45,268 nucleotides of DNA. Source: Candidatus Liptonbacteria bacterium (lineage in GTDB: Bacteria > Patescibacteriota > Minisyncoccia > UBA6257 > 2-01-FULL-56-20). The notes beneath the pieces were generated by a model. That model made no database searches. It was not told the origin of the DNA and saw only the letters and a list, made by a program, of their open reading frames with translations. Of the stretch, positions 31,399 through 38,528 are shown piece by piece (position 1 is the first letter of the stretch; the number at the start of each line of letters is the position of its first letter). The stretch spans positions 1-45,268 of the forward strand of contig JACQKT010000016.1 in the NCBI GenBank assembly GCA_016204355.1, given 5' to 3'. The position numbers and the translations under genes were made by a program.

Positions 31399-31663
31399 CG
31401 CGCCTCCTTCGTCCGCTTATTAAGCCGATGTTTATCAATAACGCGGCGGCGGAGATCACCACAAATGCGATGCCGATGGCGACGTAGGACGAAGTTGCAT
31501 TCCCCGCCAGCCCGAGAGATGCAACTATCAAAAGCACCAGCCCGAGTGAAAGCATCAGCGTCTCGATGCAAAAGTTCGCAAACTGGGATACAGGATGAAC
31601 AGGCTCAATCGGTTCCCGCCAAACCTTGTTTTCGTTGCCCTGCGTTGCGTTCTGCCCTCTCAC
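31388..31663 (-). CDS. Module A small membrane protein (91 aa, 2 TM), hypothetical
   Basis: GTG start with an AGGAAAGGA SD. TM helices TLMLSLGLVLLIVASLGLAG and YVAIGIAFVVISAAALLINIGLI. Basic tail GRRRRDGH. Confidence 0.55.
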   Translation of the reverse strand: MRGQNATQGNENKVWREPIEPVHPVSQFANFCIETLMLSLGLVLLIVASLGLAGNATSSYVAIGIAFVVISAAALLINIGLISGRRRRDGH

Positions 31664-31680
31664 GATTTTCCTTTCCTCAT

Positions 31681-31703
31681 AAAAACCCGCCTAAGCGCGC
31701 GGG
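31681..31703 (-). promoter_or_regulatory. Terminator-like hairpin inside the module A 5' leader (possible attenuator)
   Basis: Minus strand: CCCGC-GCGCTTAG-GCGGG followed by TTTTTAT, located between the predicted -10 and the SD. Confidence 0.45.
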
Positions 31704-31737
31704 ATATTCAAAAAAGTTGCCAAGTTACTGTGCTCTA

Positions 31738-31765
31738 AAAATAGCAGATTTTAAAGATTTAACAA
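31738..31765 (-). promoter_or_regulatory. Module A promoter
   Basis: Minus strand: TTGTTA-16 nt-TATTTT with TGc extended -10. Confidence 0.5.
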
Positions 31766-31777
31766 AAAACCCTCCTG

Positions 31778-31815
31778 TAAGGTCAGCGAGCTCCCTTAAG
31801 GTCAGCGAGCTCCCT
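31778..31815. repeat. Perfect 19-bp tandem direct repeat in a divergent promoter region
   Basis: TAAGGTCAGCGAGCTCCCT at 31778-31796 and again at 31797-31815. Confidence 0.9.
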
Positions 31816-31850
31816 TGTAGATAAATGATGGAAATTTTCCAAACGCAAAA

Positions 31851-31859
31851 TGATATAAT
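31851..31859 (+). promoter_or_regulatory. Extended -10 (TGaTATAAT) 8 nt before the ATG at 31868
   Basis: tgatataat-ttaaccaa-ATG, with no SD. Confidence 0.55.
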
Positions 31860-31867
31860 TTAACCAA

Positions 31868-32128
31868 ATGGACGCGTTAAAGAATAAGGAAGTGATACTC
31901 ATAGTCGTTGCGATAATAATTTTAGTGGTTGGCTATTTCGTTTATGCGTTGTATCCACGCGAGACGGCTCAAACCCCGACCGTACAAAGCCCGGCCGAGC
32001 AAAATCAGGCCGCAGCGGAAAATGTGGGATCAAGCGTGAATGACCAGCCGCTGGAAAACGCGCCGGACCTTAATCCCGTAAACAAAGCCAACCCGTTCAC
32101 GTCGGTCAAAACCAACCCTTTCGAATAA
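31868..32128 (+). CDS. Small N-terminally anchored membrane protein (86 aa)
   Basis: TM helix VILIVVAIIILVVGYFVYALY followed by a Pro/Gln/Asn-rich tail. Its stop lies 1 nt before the next ATG. Confidence 0.55.
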   Translation: MDALKNKEVILIVVAIIILVVGYFVYALYPRETAQTPTVQSPAEQNQAAAENVGSSVNDQPLENAPDLNPVNKANPFTSVKTNPFE

Positions 32129-32129
32129 A

Positions 32130-33596
32130 ATGAAAAAATATTTTCCGTTTTTAGCGCTGGCCCTGTTCGCGAGTGCCTCGACATTGGTAATCGGGCAAGC
32201 CCTTGCCCAGGAGGATAGAATTTCGTTTCCGGTCGCGGAGCTTGGAAATTGCGGGGACAAACAGGAATGCAAGACATATTGCGACGAGCCCGCGAATGCA
32301 GGCGCCTGCTTGGATTTTGCAGAGAAAAACAATCTGATGTCCAGAGAAGAAGCCGCGATGGCGCGCAAAATGATCTCGGGAAGCATAAAAGGACCAGGGG
32401 GATGCACGACGAAAGATAAATGTGAAACATACTGCAACGACATAAATAACATCGAAGAATGCGTCGCTTTCGCGGAACAAAATAATATTATGCCTGCGCA
32501 GGAGCTTGCCGAGGCGAGAAAAATCGCAAGCGCCATAAAGCGCGGAGTTAAGCCTCCCGCCTGTCGGAACAAAGCGGATTGCGACAATTACTGCGGCGCG
32601 CCGGAACACATGGAAGAGTGCATGAATTTCGCGCTCGAAGCCGGATTTATGAGCGAGGAGGAAAGAGCCGACGCCCAGAAAATGCTGACTGCGATAAAGA
32701 GCGGAGTTAAGCCGCCGGCCTGCCGCGGAAAAGAAGAATGTGATGCGTATTGCTCTCAAGACGCGAACATCCAGGAATGCGCCGACTTCGCGGTGGCTGC
32801 AGGATTCATTACGCAGAAAGAATATGAAATGATGAAAAGAACTGGCGGGCGCGGGCCCGGCGGATGCAAAGGCAGGGAAGAATGCGAGGCGTTCTGCAAT
32901 AATTCCGACAATCGGGAGGCGTGCTTCCAGTTCGGGAAAAAACACGGTCTTATCTCCGAAGAAGAGCTTAAAAAAATGGAAGAAGGAACCAGGATGTTCA
33001 TGGAAAATTTGAACAACGCGCCGCCGCAGGTTAAAGAATGCCTCGCCGCGGCGTTCGGAGACCTTTCAAACGTCCAGCCGTCGGAAGAAATAGGGCAGAA
33101 AATGAGAGAGTGTTTCGAAAAAGTCGGACCTTCGATGATGGGCGGACAATCGGGCAGTTCGGGCGTTCCCATGGGCGTTCCGCCGCAAGGTTTTTCGGGA
33201 GGAGCGACTGGCCAATTTACGGGTCCGGGCGGATGTACGACTCCGGAAGAATGCAAAACTTATTGCATGGCGCATCCCGCAGAATGCGGAATTCCTGCGG
33301 GCGGCGGGTTCTATCCTCCGCCTCCGAACATGATAGGCGTTCCTCCTCCCGGCGACTATCCGATGTCTCCGCTGTCCTCGGGAACATACCAAACGTATCC
33401 ATCTCCGGATGCCTACCAAATGCCCCCTTCGTCAGGAACCTATCAAATGCTTCCGCCTCCGGACGGCTACCAGACGTCTTCATATCCCGGCGATTATCAG
33501 GCGCCCCCGCCGTCAGCCGCGACATCCACGCCCACTTCTCTGATAAGTCCCGATTTATTGCTCGGCATTATCCTCAACTGGTGGAGAGTGTTTTGA
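32130..33596 (+). CDS. Secreted Cys-rich repeat protein with Pro/Tyr-rich tail and C-terminal hydrophobic anchor
   Basis: Signal peptide MKKYFPFLALALFASASTLVIGQALA. At least six copies of the module C-x5-C-x3-C-x7/8-C-x2-FA...(M/I)xxEE, then YQ(T/M)xPxP repeats, ending in LLLGIILNWWRVF. Confidence 0.75.
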   Translation: MKKYFPFLALALFASASTLVIGQALAQEDRISFPVAELGNCGDKQECKTYCDEPANAGACLDFAEKNNLMSREEAAMARKMISGSIKGPGGCTTKDKCETYCNDINNIEECVAFAEQNNIMPAQELAEARKIASAIKRGVKPPACRNKADCDNYCGAPEHMEECMNFALEAGFMSEEERADAQKMLTAIKSGVKPPACRGKEECDAYCSQDANIQECADFAVAAGFITQKEYEMMKRTGGRGPGGCKGREECEAFCNNSDNREACFQFGKKHGLISEEELKKMEEGTRMFMENLNNAPPQVKECLAAAFGDLSNVQPSEEIGQKMRECFEKVGPSMMGGQSGSSGVPMGVPPQGFSGGATGQFTGPGGCTTPEECKTYCMAHPAECGIPAGGGFYPPPPNMIGVPPPGDYPMSPLSSGTYQTYPSPDAYQMPPSSGTYQMLPPPDGYQTSSYPGDYQAPPPSAATSTPTSLISPDLLLGIILNWWRVF

Positions 33597-33618
33597 GAAA
33601 GTAAATAACGATTGAAAT

Positions 33619-33648
33619 AAAAATATCCGCAATCTTGCGGATATTTTT
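33619..33648. terminator. Bidirectional terminator between the Cys-rich gene and ssrA
   Basis: AAAAATATCCGCAATCTTGCGGATATTTTT. Confidence 0.8.
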
Positions 33649-33652
33649 ATTC

Positions 33653-33976
33653 TGGTGGAGATGGGCGGAATTGAACCGCCGTCTAAAGATATCGTCACTG
33701 AATCATCTACGAGCGTAGCTCTAATAAATTAGAACAAGTTTGCTCCGCTTAATTTAGCCGATTGTCTCACGAAGCGAAAACATTCGGCGAGTTCCCTAAT
33801 ATAAGACCGGTTATCCGCCCAAGGAACACGAACGGACCGATCCTCCCGGGGTTACGCGTAAGCGAACGCAGGAGCTGCAACTCTTTGGTTGGCAGTTATG
33901 ATTTTTTGCCGATTTAACGTTTCGGCGAAACGGCTCGCCGGTTCAGGATTCATCTTTATCGAAGCCGATCATCCCC
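33653..33976 (-). ncRNA. ssrA: tmRNA (SsrA), CCA encoded
   Basis: Minus strand: the 5' end GGGGATGATCGGCTTCGAT... pairs with the 3' end ...GACGGCGGTTCAATTCCGCCCATCTCCACCA (tRNA-like T arm plus acceptor). The candidate tag reading frame GCC AAC CAA AGA GTT GCA GCT CCT GCG TTC GCT TAC GCG TAA gives ANQRVAAPAFAYA. Confidence 0.85.
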
Positions 33977-34072
33977 GGTCGCATTAAAGTACCACAAAAC
34001 CTGAAAAAAATCAAACGGCATACCCTTTCTGCTTTAATTGAACCATCTGTAAGAATAGGTTATTTTATAGTC

Positions 34073-34429
34073 ATGCATGATTCGCATGGAGACTTGGGAC
34101 ATGAACACGTGGGAGAAAGCGGTTACACAACGGTCGAAATTCAATCTTGGTTCGGCAAAGATGGAGCCGGATGGCAAATCGACCCACACAATCCTTTAAT
34201 TGAAGCCCTGCAAAAACTTGATTTGGGAGAACCGTTTCCGACCCTGTTTTTATATAAGAGCAACGATAAAGAGTCGGAATCATTGGCATCCAAACGCGCG
34301 CATATAGTCAGCTTGTTTTTGGAAGACCCAGAGGTTCAACGTCATATAGAAGAAAAGGACACAAAATCTTTGAGCGGAAAAATTTCCAAACTCAAAAGTG
34401 ATTTAGAAAATGCGGATAGAGAGAGTTAA
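34073..34429 (+). CDS. Hypothetical protein (118 aa)
   Basis: Open frame with protein-like composition, directly upstream of the protease gene. No SD or family recognised. Confidence 0.45.
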   Translation: MHDSHGDLGHEHVGESGYTTVEIQSWFGKDGAGWQIDPHNPLIEALQKLDLGEPFPTLFLYKSNDKESESLASKRAHIVSLFLEDPEVQRHIEEKDTKSLSGKISKLKSDLENADRES

Positions 34430-34438
34430 TCACATCGG

Positions 34439-35629
34439 ATGTTCGATTTCATACGGTCTGTAATAAAAACAGCGATTGCGGTGATTGCTGGAGGAATTGT
34501 CGCCATCGGCGGATTTTTTTCGTATCACGAAACGGAAGGCCCCGTTGCCGGAACGGCGGCGAACACGCCAGCGGTAGTCCATCCGATAGAACTTTCTCCC
34601 GAAGAAGAGATGGCTGCTATTTTCCAGGCAAGTTCGGCTGCGACAGCGGCCAAGCCGGCAGCTCCAGCTCCGAAGCCCAAACCCGCGACAAATCCTGTTC
34701 AGGCGAGTCAACCTGTTGCCGCAACTTCTTCGGCGGCGGCGCAGCAACAAATCCAGCAACCGGTCCAAACAACCAATTCTCTTCCCCCGCAGAACGAAAT
34801 AGACCCCGAAACTTTGGTCGGCATCCTTTGTTATTTCAACGCCCTGATAACAAATCCGATAGACAACTCGGTTTTGGGCGGAGGGGAAGTTCTGACCCGC
34901 GGTTCGGGGGTAATAGTGAACAGCAAGGGATACATTCTCACGAACAGGCATGTTGTCGTTCAGGACAGTTCGAACATTTCCATCGGCGAGATAGGAATAG
35001 CGGGGGTTTTGAAATATTATCTCGACCACTGCGAGGTCGGACAACTGCCGAAAGGCACGCACATCCCGACGATTTCCGAAATAAGGGCGATAAATCCCCT
35101 GACAAGAATACCGGTTCTCGGGTATTCAGCGCAGGCGGTTTACGATTCGTCCGAATTGCATCTCGGCAATTTGGAATCCAGATACGCTGATTTCGCGATT
35201 TTGAAAATTACTGGTGTAAGCAAAGATGGGCCGAGTTTCGGAATAAATTCTCTCCCGGCTTCTTTCCCGTACGCAAAGCTTCTTCCGGTAACCGGATACG
35301 AAATGAAAAGACAGGAAGTCGTCACTTACGGATTTCCAGGCGACGTTACCGTGGGGCAGAAAGAATCTTTTCAAACCATGACGATGACGGGAAGCGTCGG
35401 CAATGTCAGCGGGATAGCTTCCGGCGACGATTATTTTTTGAACATGCCACTTGTCATTTATACGAATATGGAAGTCAGCCAGGGGAGATCCGGTTCGCCG
35501 CTTTTCTGGAGGGGATACGTAATCGGACTGGCTACTTTTTACATCGGAGAAAATAGAACAACTTCCGGTTCCGTTGCGAGCGACGCGATTATAAAAGGGC
35601 TTGGAGTAACGGAATACCTCGGACAATAA
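34439..35629 (+). CDS. Membrane-anchored trypsin-like (S1/HtrA-like) serine protease without PDZ domain
   Basis: N-terminal TM helix AIAVIAGGIVAIGGFF. Catalytic triad contexts ILTNRHVV (His), DFAILKI (Asp) and SQGRSGSPLF (Ser). Confidence 0.8.
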   Translation: MFDFIRSVIKTAIAVIAGGIVAIGGFFSYHETEGPVAGTAANTPAVVHPIELSPEEEMAAIFQASSAATAAKPAAPAPKPKPATNPVQASQPVAATSSAAAQQQIQQPVQTTNSLPPQNEIDPETLVGILCYFNALITNPIDNSVLGGGEVLTRGSGVIVNSKGYILTNRHVVVQDSSNISIGEIGIAGVLKYYLDHCEVGQLPKGTHIPTISEIRAINPLTRIPVLGYSAQAVYDSSELHLGNLESRYADFAILKITGVSKDGPSFGINSLPASFPYAKLLPVTGYEMKRQEVVTYGFPGDVTVGQKESFQTMTMTGSVGNVSGIASGDDYFLNMPLVIYTNMEVSQGRSGSPLFWRGYVIGLATFYIGENRTTSGSVASDAIIKGLGVTEYLGQ

Positions 35630-35634
35630 TTTTT

Positions 35635-35667
35635 AAAAAAAGCCCTGCGGCGGAGAACCGCAGAGGC
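35635..35667 (-). terminator. Rho-independent terminator of the 62-aa ORF
   Basis: Minus strand: GCCTCTGCGG-TTCTCCG-CCGCAGGGC followed by TTTTTTT. Confidence 0.7.
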
Positions 35668-35685
35668 TAAGGGGACGTCCGGCCG

Positions 35686-35874
35686 CTAATCGGCTATGCA
35701 GCCATAAACCCTTTCGTTCGCGACGTCGAGCGCGATGTCCCGAGGATCGCTTGAAGGATGCTCCTCGACCCGCTTGCTAAAGTCGCTGAGTATGCTTCGG
35801 CGCTCAGCGTCGGACAGGAAACTGGCTATATCCCAAAGCCAGTTTCTGGCGGAACACAACACGGCGTTGTTCAT
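35686..35874 (-). CDS. Hypothetical small protein (62 aa)
   Basis: GGAGG-containing SD (AGGAAGGAGG) before the ATG at 35874, and its own terminator. Divergent from the 36090 ORF. Confidence 0.5.
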   Translation of the reverse strand: MNNAVLCSARNWLWDIASFLSDAERRSILSDFSKRVEEHPSSDPRDIALDVANERVYGCIAD

Positions 35875-36089
35875 AGAGGCCTCCTTCCTGCGCGTGCTGG
35901 TTATATTTTATGACTTAACGAGACAAGTTGTGTTCGGAATATGCACAGCATCAAAAAAACAAGGAAATTCAGCTTATTTAAGCGAATTTTATTGACATTA
36001 ATGGATATTTGTATTATTGTTAAGGCAGCATTTGAAAAACCGCATCATAAATCAGCTGTATTAATCCAGGAAATGCAACGGAGGGTGTC

Positions 36090-36908
36090 ATGAAAATATG
36101 GGATGTACCTACTTCGCAGGCGGTGTTTTTGAGAAACCTGCAGAAGATGTTTCCGGCGAATAACGGTGACAACGCGATGGCAATTTTCGTCGAAAACCAC
36201 GGCATGGAGCTCATTGAGGATTTTTTCATTTCCGAAGGGGCGGCGACGAGATTCGAACAATACGCACCGGACGGTCTCTGGCGTGGCGGCGTTGCCTGCA
36301 TCGTTTGTCTCGGGACCCTGACGCTCGCCGTTCCCGACGAACGCAGGCGCTGGTTCAAACCTGTGCCGTCCGGGATGATCTCATACGCCGAAGCCGTCAA
36401 TTTCTGGCAGGGATTTTCACGGGAGTTCCTCGAGGAGCTTTTCATCTACACCACCGACAACGATGGCACGATGTTCAGGGTCGTTCCTCCCGGTCTGTAT
36501 ACGCCACCGAGCGTAAGACCGGCGAAAGTCCTGTGCTCCTCGCGATTTATCGCCAACGAAATTATGCCGGCGGGAAAAATCCTCGGCGACGCCTACAAGT
36601 TCAACGAAGCATGCAAGGCGTTTGAACTCGTCGTCGAATGGGACATGCCGGTCCAGTATTGCCTGGGCGGCATGGGCTCCGGGATTGTTTACGACGATGA
36701 CTTCGCGCGTCATATGCGGGAGATGGGAAAAGACGTACCTGTTCTCCTTCTCAACGCCAAGGAACTCGTCGGGGCATTTCCTTCGGACGGCGGGTTCGTC
36801 CAAAAGGACAAGAAAAACAACTTCGAAGACTACGACGGGTACGGCGTTCATCCGATACTCGCCGAACACTTGGGCGGCGGAGAACAGCTGGTCGCAGACA
36901 TTCGGTAA
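36090..36908 (+). CDS. Hypothetical protein (272 aa), no recognisable family
   Basis: ACGGAGGGTG SD. Upstream TTGACA-17 nt-TATTGT (35992-36020). A terminator follows. The composition is soluble-looking. Confidence 0.6.
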   Translation: MKIWDVPTSQAVFLRNLQKMFPANNGDNAMAIFVENHGMELIEDFFISEGAATRFEQYAPDGLWRGGVACIVCLGTLTLAVPDERRRWFKPVPSGMISYAEAVNFWQGFSREFLEELFIYTTDNDGTMFRVVPPGLYTPPSVRPAKVLCSSRFIANEIMPAGKILGDAYKFNEACKAFELVVEWDMPVQYCLGGMGSGIVYDDDFARHMREMGKDVPVLLLNAKELVGAFPSDGGFVQKDKKNNFEDYDGYGVHPILAEHLGGGEQLVADIR

Positions 36909-36930
36909 GCGTCCGGCAGGACGGAAATAC

Positions 36931-36969
36931 AAGGGTCGCAAATAAAAATAAAAAAGGCGACCCTTTTTG
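36931..36969 (+). terminator. Rho-independent terminator after the 272-aa ORF
   Basis: AAGGGTCGC-(A-rich loop)-GCGACCCTT followed by TTTTG. Confidence 0.65.
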
Positions 36970-36992
36970 TATTATAATTAAATCGACGCTCT

Positions 36993-37304
36993 ATGAATTA
37001 TTCTGAACTTCTGGGATTTTTGGGAACGGCTTTGGCGATAATCGCCTACATGCCGCAGATTATACATTTACTTAAAGTACATTGTTCCGCGGGGATAAGC
37101 CGTTTCGCCTATGCTATGTGGCTCGTTGCTTCGGCTTTTTTACTGATACACGCCTTAATGATCAACGATAAAGTATTTACGGCGCTGATGGGTTTCAATC
37201 TTGCGGCAAATACCCTGATTTTTCTTTATGCTAATATTTACAAAAGAAATTTTTGCGAGTCGCACATGCCGATAAACATGGCTGGAGCGGAGTCGCTCAA
37301 ATAA
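36993..37304 (+). CDS. SemiSWEET / PQ-loop family small transporter (3 TM)
   Basis: Three TM helices in 103 aa, with the PQ motif in TM1 (AIIAYMPQIIHLLK). Confidence 0.7.
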   Translation: MNYSELLGFLGTALAIIAYMPQIIHLLKVHCSAGISRFAYAMWLVASAFLLIHALMINDKVFTALMGFNLAANTLIFLYANIYKRNFCESHMPINMAGAESLK

Positions 37305-37356
37305 AAAAATCCCGTCGTAACCGCGACGGGCCGGGCTTTCGGTAGAAGGCTGGTGG

Positions 37357-37605
37357 CTAGAACCGGAGGGGCAGCTGCTTTTGCTGCAGCGAGAGGAAGT
37401 CCTCAAAAGCTTTCAGGCATATGAAAACCCCGATGACTTGAAGTTGCCATGATGCCAGAAAGACCGCCTGGCATTGAACTCCCGAGATCTCCACTGCGCT
37501 CGATATCTGCTTGTGCGCCGAATTCCAGCGCTCGATGATTTTCTTTTCTCTCCTTTCGGAAAGGTCGATTACCTCTGCGGATTGTCTGCTCGCGACTGTC
37601 GCCAT
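37357..37605 (-). CDS. Hypothetical small protein (82 aa) with one hydrophobic segment
   Basis: GAGGTGAG SD before the ATG at 37605. Minus-strand terminator CCCGTCG..CGACGGG plus a T-run at 37306-37329. Leader hairpin TAACGGT...ACCGTTA at 37640-37668. Confidence 0.5.
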   Translation of the reverse strand: MATVASRQSAEVIDLSERREKKIIERWNSAHKQISSAVEISGVQCQAVFLASWQLQVIGVFICLKAFEDFLSLQQKQLPLRF

Positions 37606-37754
37606 TTTCTCACCTCATAATGGTTGATGTGAAATTGCACTAACGGTCTTGCAAGAGCTAACCGTTAAGAAAATTATACCCAATCCATTTTCATAAAAGT
37701 ACAGGAGTTATTAACTTTTTTTTAATATTTATTCTGCTAAAATTCTTTTTACTC

Positions 37755-38510
37755 ATGCATATAGTGAAACTATCGAAACGCGAGGAAATCGCCGACGGGA
37801 CGGTGTCTTTTTATTTCGAAAAACCGGCGGGGTTTTCGCATAAAGCCGGACAATTTCTCGACATAACGCTGATAAATCCGCCGGAAACGGACGACGAAGG
37901 GAATATCCGTCCTTTTTCCATGGCAAGTGCTCCGCACGAGCCGGAAATAATGATAGCCACCCGAATAAGAGACACTGCTTTCAAAAGAGTTCTTAAAAGC
38001 GCGCCTCTCGGAACGGAGATTCAGATCGAAGGGCCGTTTGGCTCTTTCACTTTACACAATGATTCTTCCAGGCCAGCGGTTTTCCTCATCGGCGGAATAG
38101 GAATAACCCCGATACGTTCTATTGTTTTGGACGTTACGAATAGAAAGCTTCCGCACAAATTATTTTTATTTTATTCCAATCGTCAGCAAAAAGACGCGGC
38201 ATTTTTCAAAGAGCTTGAGGAGCTGGAGTCGAAAAATGACAATTACAAATTCATTTCGACTATGACCGATATCCCCGCCGGAGAAGATTTATTGACGGGC
38301 TCACCCTCCCAAGTTTCGGGCGTCGAAATTTGGGAGGGCGAACGCGGATACATAAACGCGGAGATGCTCAAAAAGCATTTGGGCGGACTCGTCGGGCCGA
38401 TATATTATTCGGCAGGTCCGCAGGCGATGGTCGCCGCAATGAGGAAAACGTTAAATGACGCCGGAGTGGATGACGATTACATAAGGACGGAAGAATTCTC
38501 GGGATACTAA
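37755..38510 (+). CDS. FNR-like FAD/NAD(P)-binding oxidoreductase (ferredoxin reductase-type)
   Basis: RPFSMAS (the RxYS FAD motif), GPFG, and GGIGITP (the NAD(P) motif). TGcTAAAAT extended -10 at 37735-37743. Confidence 0.8.
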   Translation: MHIVKLSKREEIADGTVSFYFEKPAGFSHKAGQFLDITLINPPETDDEGNIRPFSMASAPHEPEIMIATRIRDTAFKRVLKSAPLGTEIQIEGPFGSFTLHNDSSRPAVFLIGGIGITPIRSIVLDVTNRKLPHKLFLFYSNRQQKDAAFFKELEELESKNDNYKFISTMTDIPAGEDLLTGSPSQVSGVEIWEGERGYINAEMLKKHLGGLVGPIYYSAGPQAMVAAMRKTLNDAGVDDDYIRTEEFSGY

Positions 38511-38528
38511 TTTATTTCGAGGCGGCAG

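Noticed and set aside
31778-31815. The short tandem repeats (this one, 877-907, 806-868 and the ATTCGC arrays) as CRISPR arrays
   Set aside because: There are only two units with no unique spacers of 25-40 nt, or hexamer units that are far too short. No cas genes are present in the window.
31030-31824. 264-aa plus-strand ORF covering module A and its promoter region
   Set aside because: Its Arg/Ser-rich translation crosses two terminators and a promoter. The minus-strand ORFs have SDs, TM helices and matching 11-nt coupling overlaps, so they explain the region better.
30407-33652. Genomic island integrated at the tmRNA 3' end
   Set aside because: No integrase or recombinase gene is present, and no duplicated ssrA 3' segment was noticed. 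The idea is left only as a minor note under the tmRNA finding.
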